Assembly (NCBI RefSeq): GCF_033153115.1 | Contig: NW_026889759.1 | Location: forward strand, 10,726,001 to 10,790,000 | Length of the DNA stretch: 64,000 bases | Direction: 5' to 3' | Source: Saccostrea echinata | Taxonomy: Eukaryota | Part shown: positions 34,001 to 46,400 of the stretch, in pieces | How the letters are laid out: the number at the start of each line of letters is the position of its first letter | How positions within the stretch are numbered: the first letter of the stretch is position 1 | Program-made: the position numbers and the translations under genes | The notes under the pieces: model-generated | What the model was told of the DNA's origin: nothing | Seen by the model: the letters and a program-made list of their open reading frames with translations, nothing else | Databases searched by the model: none

Positions 34001-37000
34001 CAGATAGGAATCAAGATGGTGGACACATTTATTCAGGTCAGTTTTTGTCACCTGCAGAACATGGCTGTTGACAGGGGATCCATTCTGCCTATTTGCCTGT
34101 CTCAGCATAAGTACTTAATCACACAGCTTTTTGATATATCATGGAAATACATGATAATGAGAATTGTGAGCAATCTCCCCCTCCCCTCCCCAAGTCAAGG
34201 GTTCTTGAGCCTTATGTTCTTGTTCTTAACCCAGCTTTAAAAAAAGAGCAGGAAATATAGAAAGTTATCAGTCTGATGGTAAACTTAGTGGCAAAGTGCC
34301 AAAACCTATCCTCTAGGAGGTTTAATTAAGGCAAAAGAGAATGCAAAAAAAGAAATAAATTACAGTTTATTACTTCTTATCAGAAAGAACAAGGTACGGT
34401 TTCAATACAAATCTTGCCCTGTGTTTTTCTTAAAAATGAAAGTGATGTAAAAAATTAAAACTCATGCTTTCTGAGTCATTGAAATTCTATGCAGAAAGAT
34501 CTTGCAAATGATTTTTCTCATATGACCTTCTAAATGCTAATTGTGACGTCATAAACATGTGCATTTTCCCGTATTTTACTAAAAAGTTGCAGAGGACACC
34601 AATTTTCCATGGAAATTTCTTTCAGATAATATTGTCCACAGGCATCGCCCACAAAGATTTTGAGATATGTGATTTTTCAAAGAATTTTACACAACATATC
34701 CGAAAATTTTAGTGGGCGATGGCTGTGGACATTATTTTCTTAAGGAAAATAACCCTTGAAATGGGTCATTTTGAGGCTTTTTCTGTTTAGAATAGAGAAA
34801 GGCATCAAATTAATGACGTCATATTTCCAGAATGGTACTCCTTCATGCCATATACTTTCCTGATTTATTACATTCATATACTCTATTAATATTTAAGCCA
34901 GTTTCAAAACTTTTTGAAGACATTAATTTTTTTGGGCAAAATAAAGTCAAAAGTGTACCTTCTTCTTTGTTCTTTACAGTATGTCTGTTTATGGTTAGAC
35001 CTAGAGTTCAGTCTGAAGTGCACAAGGAAAAATGTTCTTGATTTGGATGCCAGGCAAGTATCCACATATTATTTCTGCTGAAGATTTTAAAGCCTTTTGA
35101 GTATTTACATGTTACATGTACATGCAGTAAACAGACTTACATGTTCTGTTGTAACTGTGTATATAGAATATAGACAATGGATTCACCAAGAAATTTCAAG
35201 TTGTGGTCTGACAGAGAAGATACATTATTCTAGAATACTATTTTTTTTTCAGCACTGATAAGAAATTCAGTAGACATCTTGTCTTCCTTCTTCCTGATGT
35301 GGCCTTTCAAGACAACATTACAGTGGGTCAGTAGATATATGTTAAAATAAAGCAGTATCTTTTGTATGAACTATAAAGTACAGCAACTTTTTGTCATAAT
35401 TGCTTAATTTTCAGACTATTGAACACATTGGATCCACATAAGATATGTTGCATTACATTAATATAATAAAACATCAACACAGAGAAACAAATGTCTATGC
35501 AAATAAAAATGTTTCATGGCACACAATCATTTGTGTTTGTTTTTCAGTATATAATGAATGGTAAATTGTTGAATAAAATGTTTTCAGTATCTTTTAGGCA
35601 ATTTTGTGCAGCACATAATCACTGCACTAAGCCAACACTGTGAATGCAAAACAGTTAAAGGAGAACAGTCTCTACACGACAGCAACGAAGCTTGTACATC
35701 TCAGAGAAAAGAAGATGACGCAACGAGGGCAAAACAACAGGGGAAGTCATCGGAAAAATTTGAAGGTCAAACTGAACGTACTGGCACTCCACAGGACTGG
35801 AAGAAATTTACTGATGAAGTATTGATTGGTGAAAATGATCAAATGCCTGAGGAAGGTGGAAAGAAAGAAAAGTTATCTGACAGTGTATTTGAACATTTTA
35901 CAGAAGAGCAATTGTCATCTCTTTTTGTTAAAACAAAGAAGGGAGAGAAAACTGCATTTTGTGATTTGGGTAAGCTAACTTTATTCATCAGATATCCATT
36001 TCATGTAATGTATTGTCAGGTGCAATTCTGTATATGTAGGTGCATGTAAAATTGTCCTTAAGTTTGATTTTGAAATCTGGTTGCAATGTTTTTAGATAAT
36101 TCATACAGAAATTCAGAGCCTTCATGTATTATCTCAGGTGTGTACACTAAAAACAGGAATTTTCGGCTGTACCTATCCAGCAAGTTTGGCAAGAACAATC
36201 CCCTTGTGGTGGCACCAGAAAATGAATTTCTTCCGTCTACAGCAACAAAATGTTATGAAGAGGGAATCTTTATGCAGTCACTGATATCAAATGTGAAGTA
36301 AGTTGTAGAGTCACTCTTTGAATACATTTGGTTCACATGGTTACAGAAACAAAATTGAAATAAAGTAGAAATATACTTTCTCAAACTGATTAACCCTTCA
36401 GATACATGTATGTAGTTGTTTGAATAAAAATCTAGGTACCAAGTCTCAGTTTTTAACATTTTGAAAAAAGAATCGTTGAAACTTTTCTGAACCATGAAGA
36501 AAATATTTTCTTGCAACAGATTTTCACCAAGAATGAGAATTTTAAAGTTTGGTGGCATGCAGAGGGACAGTCGAAGATTTGTTAAAAACAGCTCCACCTG
36601 TGTAGGTATGAACAAAACTTGCTAATACTTTTGCATGTATTGGAAACTCCCAGGTGATTGTGTGCTTTATTTTCTCCATTTGGATTTGTGGGTCCGTTAT
36701 GTTGCATTCACTTGAATTTTCATCTCATTTAATACATGTATTCAGTATTGATTACTTAAATTTGGGACTATTGAATCACAACTTCATAATGTAGATATAG
36801 TTAAAATATTCTGGCAATAGACCCACTCTTAATATGATATGTTTTTAGGAATCAATTACTGACTGATGGCCATGAATTACATGAAGCAAATTCTGAACAC
36901 TTACATCAAAGCTGTTTACTATTACAGAAATTTATCCTGGATTTTTGTTTCAAAATACAGATTACAGATTGGCCTCAAGAAATTATGCTTTTGACAGTGT

Positions 37001-37388
37001 TTGAAACTCATGGTAGAATTGGCTAGACATGCAGGAAATTTCTAATTAAAAGTATTCAAACATACCTTAGAAAATCAAGACAGTGTATTGCCAACACAAA
37101 ATTACTGATAAAAAAAGCTCAAATTACAAACAGAAACCATTCCAATAAATACATGTACATGTACTAAAAAAAAAATGCAGAAAAGGGTAAACAGCTCTGT
37201 TACAAGTATCTCTGAGAACTTTTAAGTAACAATCATAGTTATTGTAATCAGTCATTAGTAAGTCATTGTAAATGTGCCGCATTTTTAGCTCACCTGAGCT
37301 GAAAGCTCAAATGAGCTTTCTGATCACATTTTGTCTGTAGTCTGTCTGTCCGTCCGTCCTTCCGTCTGTAAACTTTTCACATTTTTGA

Positions 37389-37432
<44 letters not shown>

Positions 37433-37433
37433 T

Positions 37434-37465
<32 letters not shown>

Positions 37466-40400
37466 AATCAAATGAAGGGCCACACCCTCATTCAAGGGGA
37501 AATAATTCAGAAATAGTACAAATTTGGTGGCATATTTTTAAAATCCTCTTCTCAAGAACCACAGGCACAAAAAAGTTGAAACTTATAGGAAACCTTTTTT
37601 ACATAGTGTAGATTCAAGTTTGTTCAAATCATGACCCCTGGGGTTAGGGTGGGGCCACAATAGGGGATAAAAGTTTTACATAGAAATATGTAGGAAAAAA
37701 TCTTTAAAAATCTTCTTCTCAAGAACAGCAGAGCAATGATTTGTCATATTGATATGGAAGCATCCTCAGGTAGTTTAGATTCAAGTTTGTTCAAATCATG
37801 ACCCCTGGGGATTAGGGTGGGGCCACAATGGGTGATCAATGTTTTACATAGGAATATATAGGAAAAAATCTTTAAAATCTTCTTCTCAAAAACAGCTAAA
37901 CCTTGTTTAGTCATATTGACAAGTAAGCATCCTCAGGTAGTGTAGATTCATATTTGTTCAAATCATGACCCCTGGGGCTAGGTTAGGGCCACAAGTGGGG
38001 GGGGGATCAAAGTTTTACATAGTAATGTATAGGAAAAAATCTTTAAATCTTCTCAAGAACACCTAAACCTTGTTTAGTCATATTGACATGTAAGCATCCT
38101 CAGATAGTGTAGATTCAAGTTTGTTCAAACCATGACCCCTGTGGCTAGGTTAGGGCCACAAGTGGGGGGGATCAAAGTTTTACATAGGAATGTATAGGAA
38201 AAAAGCTTTAAAAATCTTCTCAAGAACAGCAAAGCCATGATTTGTCATATTGATATGGAAGCATCTTCAGGTAGTCTAGATTCAAGTTTCTTCAAATCAT
38301 GACCCCTGGGGGTAGGGTGGGGCCACAATGGGGGATCAAAGTTTTACATAGAAACATATAGGAAAAAACTTTAAAAATCTTTTTCTCAAGAACAGCAAAG
38401 CCCTGTTTAATCATATTGATATGTAATCATCCTCAGGCAGTGTAGATTCAAGTTTGTTCAAATCATGACCCCTGGGGATTAGGGTGGGGCCACAAGGGGG
38501 GGTCAATATTTTACATAGGAATTTATAGGAAAAATATTTTTTCTCAAGAACAGCAAAGCCATGTTTATTCATATTGATATGGAATAATCCTCAGGTAGTA
38601 TAGATTCAAGTTTGTTCAAATCATGACCCCTGGGGATTAGGGTGGGGCCACAAGGGGGATTAATGTTTTACATAGGAATATAAAGGAAAAATCTTTTTCT
38701 CAAAAACAACAAAGCCATGTTTAGTCATATTGATATGGAAGCATCCTCAGGTATGTAGATTCAAGTTTGTTCAAATGATGACCCCTGGGGGTAAGGAGGG
38801 GCCACAATTAAGGAATGTTTTCAAGTTTTGTGTGAGTTATTGGTGTGTAAATCACACAGACTTGTCACGTAGGCATATTTCATGAAACACGCTAGCGCTT
38901 CATGAAAAATATGCCTACGTGCAAGTCTGTGTGATTTACACACCAATAATTCACACTAAACTTAAAAACATTCCTTATATTTACATTTTACAAGTTTAAA
39001 AGCACTAATAACATACTCAGTATTTGAATTTCTTGCTGCCCTATATCGTTACATTTTTATTAACGTCTCTGTAGCCTCATTGTGACGTCACTTTAGCACG
39101 AGTTTCACCGTGTATATTTCTACGCGTGAGTATACACAAAAATGACTTTCAAATCAATTTTTCAGTTGGCTTAGTAGAAAAACACAGCAAATGTAAATAT
39201 TGGGGTATCAAATTTTTACAAATGAATATATAAGAAAAAATCTTTAATAAAAATCTTCTGCTCAAGAACAGCAAAGTTATTTGTTATATTGATATGAAAG
39301 CATCCTCAGGTTTAAAAATCAAGTCCCCCAACCCCCATGTAAACTTTTCAATACTGAATTGATTTGAGCTTTTTCCTAGTCATTGTGCTCAGGTGAGTGA
39401 TGTGGCCCATGGGCCTCTTGTTATTGAAATTCATGAAAAGGTGAGGTGATGTGGTAGAAGATTGCACCCAGAGAATAAAAAAAGAGAATGAATCAACATT
39501 AAAATAAAATAATGTTACATGTAAATAATGTTAAAATTCAATTAAAATAAGAAGTGTTGATCTGAAGATGTTGTTATAACAGTAATTCTGGCAGTCCTTG
39601 GAGGTTGGCTTTAACTGTGATTAATAATGAATTACATTCCAACTTTGAAACTCAATAATTATTTTGCAGCAAGTCTGGAAGGATACAGAACTTCTCCTTA
39701 TCCTGAAATAGATGCTTTCCTTGGGAAACTTGTACAGGAAGTAGATACTCGAGGAGGGATCCGTCACTGGACTTACTTCAGTCAGGGAGAACTCATTGTT
39801 TATGAAATGGCCAACTATAGATTCTGTCACAACATTAATAGGAGTCATAGAAGCAACAATGTTATGTAATGTATACAGTTTGAGGCCAAAACTTTTGGCC
39901 TCATTTTATGAAAGATCTAATGACCAACACCATAATGTAATTTTGCGAATAAAATTCTTTCTTACATTCTTTGAAAGTTGTTAAATAATCTTTTTTAAAA
40001 GAATTTAGAAAGATATATTTATGAAAGCAATTTTTAATAGAATCATTAATTTAGCATGATTTTACAATCAATTTAAAGTTTGGGTCTTAGTTGTAAATTC
40101 TTTTTGGAAATGGGCCCAGGTCTTTTGTCGTAATAAAGTACTAGTGGCTGCAGATCTGTAGCCTGCTGGTCTGAAAAAAAATTGGGATGGACGACCAGAG
40201 AGCTATGGTGCCACCCATTGAAAAAAAATGTATATTTATTGTGCACAAAAATGTGCGCTATTTCTCGAATTACTTCTTCGTATACACGTACTTAAGCTGT
40301 CATCTCAAAATATCACTAACAGTGTGTTCCTAGCATATAGTTTTACTACTTCCACAATGAAACATTCCCCGAAACTGTTGTTTGTAGCCTTACTTGGCTT

Positions 40401-41049
40401 GAAATTGAAACCATAGAAAAGTTCGCCTATTTATACTGCCATTTTGGGTGGCAAGTCATTTCGGTCCAATGTGCTTCATGCATGACTTATACATGCAGTT
40501 TTGTTGTGAAAGTGGTAAAAGTATATATGTTAGGAACACACGGTTAGTAATATTTTGAAATACATGTTTATGGAGAAATAAATCGAGAAACAGTGCACTT
40601 TTTTTGTGCAATAAATATACACTTTTTCCAGTGAGTGGCACTGTAGCTTTCTGGTTTTTCATCCCAATGTTTTCAGACCATCGAGCTACAGATCTGCAGC
40701 TAAAATACTACTATCCTTCAAAGAATTTCTTGGATTATACTTTATCTGATGTTTTATCCTGTAGGTTTATTGTGGACCTGAAGAAAAGGATTTATTACCA
40801 GAAATGTCATGATCCAGTTTGCAGGTCACAAAATTTCAAGTCCTCAGGTAAAACTGAACACATTAGTAATTGTAACAATTTTAAAGGTATAATCCAGTAT
40901 TGATTCCAATGCTATTTGCTCCTGCAGACTTCCCATTACCGGACTCTGTATTTCCTGTCTACTTGTGGGAAGATGATCCCATGTTTGATGGAGAGGATGT
41001 AGATTTGTGTAGTGCTGTTGATGAAGCAGAGAGAACAATGCCTGTTTGA
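31027..41049 (+). CDS. PRIMPOL: DNA-directed primase/polymerase PrimPol (AEP domain plus UL52 zinc finger), complete, 14 coding exons
   Basis: Exons: 31027-31082, 31348-31431, 32195-32273, 33476-33576, 33750-33796, 33945-34036, 34980-35053, 35253-35326, 35598-35969, 36138-36297, 36520-36605, 39670-39865, 40765-40847, 40928-41049 (TGA). Motifs: HYEIIPEGSVCKLYFDLE (DxE), KFSRHL (SxH), FCDLGVYTKNRNFRLYLSSKFGK, zinc finger RFCHNINRSHRSNN...YYQKCHDPVC, and an acidic C-terminal tail. Confidence 0.95.
32355..32830 (+). mobile_element. Helentron-associated (HINE-like) element with internal ~145-bp tandem units
   Basis: TTATTAGGGCCCCGCTCTGCGGGTGCCCTATAG, then a TCCA/TCCG microsatellite and repeated CTTGT(C/G)CGGAGCATATCTTCTCT...TTTCTAGGTC. 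The right end is uncertain. Confidence 0.6.
34391..34961. mobile_element. Non-autonomous foldback-type DNA transposon (AGGTAC...GTACCT ends, Kolobok-like by inference)
   Basis: AAGGTAC...TTGCCC / GGGCAA...GTACCTT ends; internal inverted pair GTCCACAG.CATCGCCCAC / GTGGGCGATG.CTGTGGAC; paired TGACGTCA. Confidence 0.65.
35054..35252 (+). other. GC-AG intron in PRIMPOL
   Basis: The donor CAG|GCAAGT is required to join LDLDA-S-TDKKFSRHL in frame. Confidence 0.85.
37284..39422 (+). mobile_element. Helentron/HINE element with a central array of ~8 Cg170-like (~166-bp) satellite monomers
   Basis: Start TTTAGCTCACCTGAGCTGAAAGCTCA, a (GTCT/GTCC)n microsatellite, repeats of TAGATTCAAGTTTGTTCAAATCATGACCCCTGGGG, and an end GCTCAGGTGAG...GGCCCATGGGCC-TCTTGTT (subterminal IR plus palindrome). 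Confidence 0.88.
38809..39199. mobile_element. Asymmetric hairpin element nested in a satellite monomer
   Basis: A ~170-bp near-perfect palindrome (38809-38977) is followed by a segment bounded by TATTTACATTT / AAATGTAAATA. It interrupts the host monomer at GGGCCACAAT|TGGGG. Confidence 0.75.
40142..40706. mobile_element. Foldback MITE with long TIRs (Academ-like by inference)
   Basis: GCTGCAGATCTGTAGC...TGGTCTGAAAA...TTGGGATG...GTGCCAC is the inverse of GTGGCAC...CATCCCAA...TTTTCAGACCA...GCTACAGATCTGCAGC; the inverted similarity continues inward. Confidence 0.75.
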
Positions 41050-41729
41050 TACATCCTTCATATACATGTAGGACCTTTGTAGGAAGCTAAATGACACCCC
41101 CTTGTCATTCTGATGTCCCTTCAGGAAAGTGCAGCCCAGAGAAGTAGACAGAATTCCATGGGATAAAGCAAAAATTGATAAAAAACTATTTTTGACAACT
41201 TTTCTCATTAGGATCCTCTGTAATAGACTAATGAAACCTACTTTTTTTGGACGCTGATGAAATTATAGGTTATATTATAAAGGTTTAAATACATGTATTC
41301 ACTTAAAGTATATCTATCTCAACATAGGGTACCAGCCCCCCTTCCCCCAGAGGTAAAAATGTTCGAAGACAAGAAGTACTGATTAACAGAAATCACTTTA
41401 AATTTGTTTTATACTTTAAATTTTAAGTTTAATGAGTAAGATACATTTGCATGAGAATAAAGTGTTTATCTTGCCTTCATAAAATGTCAAATATGCTTGA
41501 ATTGATTACACACACTGAGAAATGCACCAATGATTTCAAGAACTGCGAACAGTAGTATAGTTCTGCCACCTATCTCCAAGTCAATTTTCAAAAGTTTAAC
41601 ATATTTGAATGATTTTTTGCAAATTCATATAAATATATGTGAATTTTCACAAAACAAAACTTATTTGGTAAAACAAAGAGAGATATAACTCTATAATTTT
41701 GGTAAAAACTTGTGTTTTTCACTACAGAA

Positions 41730-42000
41730 ATGAAATATGAAGATAACGAACAGTATTCAATCTCAAAAGTCCAATGAAACGATACAAAATAGGAGCAGAG
41801 CAAACACAGACCTCAAAATTTAGAGGTGGGATCACGTGCCATGGAGGAGTGAGCATCCCCTGCCGTGACCGGTCACACCCACAGTGTGCTCCTTGTCATG
41901 ATCGGGGGGGGGGGGGGGGGGGGGGGGGAATCCGTAGACAGTTCAGTGTATAAATAATGGCCTAACAATTAGCATGAAAAAGGTCAGTCAGCATTCAACA
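41730..42000 (-). mobile_element. Fragment of an interspersed repeat, probably the 3' end of a retroelement
   Basis: The minus strand reads GTGACCGGTCACGGCAGGGGATGCTCACTCCTCCATGGCACGTGATCCCACCTCT...GAGATTGAATACTGTTCGTTATCTTCA, which I recall as a common bivalve repeat end. The family is not determined. Confidence 0.45.
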
Positions 42001-43410
42001 GAAAATATTTTTAAAACATCTCCATCCCCCCCCCCCCCCCCCCCTTATGAAACAAAAATCCATTTTACAGGTATGTTGATTCACTGGGTGGGGGATATAT
42101 GTTTACAGACAAAACAGCAAAAATAGTCATTTTATTAGCAATTTCATATGAAGTTGCAAATAAAAAAAATGTACTTTATCAATCTTGTATGTTGAATTTT
42201 ACATAAGTTAAACAAACAGAAAGATTTAAGGGTCGTTTATCCATTTCCATGCATATTTGAAAATCTGGTGATGTTTTAAAGTCTGTGATTTCAATGGATA
42301 AAATTTTCTACCCCCCCCCCCCCCCCCTTATGAAAAGAAGTGTAATAGAGCAATTAAGTTATTGACTCTGCATGGTTTCAAAATTATTATCAATTACTAA
42401 TGAACTCTTCTTTGTATTCAAACAAGTTTTAATGGCCAAAATGCCATTTATATTGAATTAGATGGGTGTAAAATTTAGGCGGGAATCGAGAGTTAGTGTG
42501 CATAGTTCTTTACTTATTTAAAACCTAAGGGCTGATCACTCTGCTGAAAAATACCACAGAATTGGTACTCTTTTTGTGTGCCATGTATAGAGGTCTCTTA
42601 AAGAAAAAGATGAATACATTGAGATGAGTTAAGACTCTATTTTAACTTGGCTAGAACAATCAATTTTTTTTCTGCATGAATATTGATTCATTCATCTGTA
42701 CTTATTACAGAACTCTAATGTGAAAATAAAATGAAAAAAAAACCCAAAAGAAATACTTAGATTTATTTTGACAACCTTTCTAGAAATACAGGAACTTGCT
42801 GCATGAAATTGTATATAAGCATGTGCAACATACATGTATATTCACACTATATTGTCAAAGCAGTCACAAAAAGGGTATCTTTGCTACGTTATCAACTTGT
42901 ATATTTTCAATACATGTATATTGGTGTGCATAATGCATGTACATATGTATACATGCACATTCATCTTTTTTCTAGTTAACTGAATATTCAGTCAAACAAT
43001 GTGAGGATTAATGACTATAAAATTTGACAACCTCCATCCCTATTACATGTTCAAGTATATGCAAATACTGCAGAATCAACTGTAACTACACATAGATGTG
43101 TACTAGAGTTTAAAAAAAAAGCATGTCTACTATATGTATTGTGTTTAGTTCTTCTGGATTTACTTCATGAAGCACCATTATTTCATTCTCTGTATGGCAC
43201 ATATGTTGATGATTTTTCCAGTCTAGCTTTGCCAAGATCTCTTCTACAGAATTTATTTTCAAAGTTACACCAGTAACTAACCCAGCTTAAACAACTATAA
43301 AAAGTAAATTTCACTGGACAATTCTAAAGCTTTGGATCACGGAGTAATGGTTCCTTGGTCACACAACACCAATAATTTGTCCAGTTAAAGCTAATGCATG
43401 TATTGACATT

Positions 43411-46400
43411 TCACATCCACGGTTCCCAGCCAACATAAACCCGACCTAGAATGTTTGGGTCGGTGGCTTGATCGATCAGTGCTGCCACCTGTTGTTCTAC
43501 TGACAGGCCGGTGTCGTTAAGCTGTGCTCGTACATTCTCCCTCTTGTCTCCCTGAAGCACCCTCTCCATGGCAGGGAATGCTGCCTTCTTGAAGTGACCT
43601 AATTTTAACTCAGCTCTACAAAATTACAGGAAATATATAATCACAAAAGGGTCCTTTTTAGGAAAGACGAGCAAAATGGGTTTTATAAGGATAACTACAC
43701 GTACCTGGTTACACTGACTGGGTTGTCTCCCATTAGCTTTCTTTTCATATACTCTATCTTTTCTTTTGGGTACCACATCACATCCTCTTCCTCAGGTGAT
43801 TCTAAAGAAGAAGGGCACAGCTTTCAGTGTTTTGGCAATTGTGATAATCTTTCATGAATTTGTTGAAATGAGATTTCAAAATTCTTTAAAGAATTATAGG
43901 GAAAACTTACCATCTCCTTTCATTTCATTCATTTGTTTTTCTGCATTTATCTGAAATGAAAAGAAAAAGTTCTTTAAGGGATTTAAAACTGTATAATATA
44001 TATATATATTTAAAATTTACCTACATCTGAATTCATTTTCCACACACTATTGGTCTGATTACTATGAATAAGGCTTTGTTAAAATGAAAATGACGCTGAA
44101 CTGACCAGCCAATCAACTGATGGTTCTTTCACAAAAATGTCCATGGTATTTAACAGCAGGTCACAGTTATTTCTGAGTGCTCGGAGGGTGTGGATCATTG
44201 TGGATTCCATTAGACCATGAACCTGTAGTGGCATCATCAGGTTACGCAGCTGTCGAGTCAGGCGGAACGGCATCAACTCAGGAATAGGCAGGAACTGCAA
44301 TGAATTTATACGATTACTTGTACTAGGAATAAAATGAAAATTTTCATCATATTCTCAAAAGTGCCGACCCCTTGTTAATAAATATTGGTCAACAACATTA
44401 ATAATTAAACACTTGAAAGTTTTAAAATACAGCTGGGCAAATGTTTGTCATATCTACATGTATGTTGTTTCTTATTTTGACTGTATACCAACATGGTGAT
44501 GTCAATAAATTGAAATGAATGTTCCCACTGTGTTCTGTCCAGGCCACTTTGAAATTTTCGGGTCTCATGCCTTAGATTTTTACAGTAAAACACTGCTTAT
44601 CATGATCACGCTTATAATGAGTTGATTCTTGCAGGGAAATGATTTTCATTCCTCCTGGCTTTAAAATACATGTGAATTTATAGGTTATAACAAACTTCGT
44701 TCATAAGGAAGCAAAATTGTCCGTCCCTGGCACTTCGTTCTAAGTGAGTTTTAATGTATAATACAGTTGAACTTCGGTATCTCGAACATGGATATCTCGA
44801 ATACCATGGATATGTCGAAGTCATTTTGAAGTCCCAACTACTTATTCCTTAAGTATTTTACCCTGGATATCTCGAATCCTCAGTTATCTCAAAGTATTTT
44901 CTTGGTCCCTTCAAGTTCGAGATAACGAGGTTTGACTATATTTGGTTTTCCTTGGTAGAGTTTTTAATTTCAAATAATATTAAGAATACATACATTTGTA
45001 GTTAGGATATCAGGGATTTATATTATGGAAAGAAATAAACATTTTATTTAATTTTCAATTTTGGCCTTTTACCAGGACTCTTGTGTCCTATCATTCTTTG
45101 TTGAAAATTGCTGCTGTCCGTGTTGTTACATGCATACTTACCTGTGTAGCAGAGCCAAAGGCATGGCCAAAATCAATGCCCACTATCTCCCCATTCTTTA
45201 AGTTCACCATAAAGTTGGACAAATGACGATCACCAATCCCGAGTATGTACTGACAAATGGAGATCAAGGCATGAGTCGAGGCACACTTACAGCGGAGGAC
45301 ATGGAATGCTTCTGGGGAAGTGCTCATCTTGTGGAAAGCACGCCTACAAAACATTGGTGAAATGTCCTTTAGAAAGTTCAAGTCTTCATGGTGTAGAAAA
45401 TTACTGTGGAACCTTTTACCGTTCCATATTATAGTAGGAGGAGAGAATGATATGCAAATTGCACAATGCATATATACCGGTACTGCATTTTTTATGCTTA
45501 TTAATGTCTATCAATGAAGACCAATGGGCAGCAATGCTCATCTGAGTCACCTCAAGCTCCAGTCTTAATACACATGAATTTTATAATTTGTGGCTTTGCT
45601 CTTTTAACAGATTTTGAAGATTTTACTTAAACACCAATGATAGTGTTATCCCTATGAAAAATATTTTCAATTTAAAGATCCTAAATGAAGAACTGTAGTC
45701 TTCCTGTTCTTCCCAAAAAGCTTTCTACAGATTTCTCTCCCATTATTAAGATGTAAAAATTTGTGGTCTGAACCCATTTTAGGACTATCAGTTGCACAAA
45801 TTTGAATGTACATATTCCATATGGAAGATTGTCACTTCTTACAATTACTGAGTAGACTTTCTGTGACTTTCCAAAGATTTCATGACACTTTGTTACTTCC
45901 ACTTGGAAAAGGGCATTGTTAGCTCGAGTGAACATATCTGATCACATGTTGTCTGGCATCCATATGTCTAGCTGTTCTTCTGTCTGTCCATCTTTAAACT
46001 TGACACTTTTTTGACCTCTTCTCAAGAACCACTGGGTCAGTTATAATCAAAGTTGGCACAAAATATCCTTTGGTAAAGGGGATTCAGGGGATTCAGAATT
46101 GTTGCAATGGGACATAATCAAGAAAAGGTTTTGGTCATTAAAAATTCTTCTCCTGAATCACTGATCAGAGAAGTTAAAACTTATGTGAAAGCTTCTTGAT
46201 ATAACGTTGGTTCTAAATTGCTCATATCATGGACCCAGGGTAGGGTAGGGCTACAATATTGGATCAAAGTTTTACATGGGAAAATATAGGACAAAGTCTT
46301 TAGAACCCGGGGGGCCAGAAAAGATGAAACTTATAAGTAAGCTTTGTGATATAATGTAGATTCTAAATTGTTCAAAATCATCTCTCTCTCCTCACCCCCA

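Noticed and set aside
37307-37495. ORF with LHLIKLESP...VWLKLAQWF (also 53501-53767 and 53606-53830)
   Set aside because: Chance frames in the conserved end of the Helentron/HINE repeat; no Rep or helicase motifs.
41905-42330. Long G and C homopolymers (also 24613-24630) as G-quadruplex elements
   Set aside because: Simple homopolymer runs are frequent throughout this sequence and their lengths are unreliable; there is no specific evidence of function.
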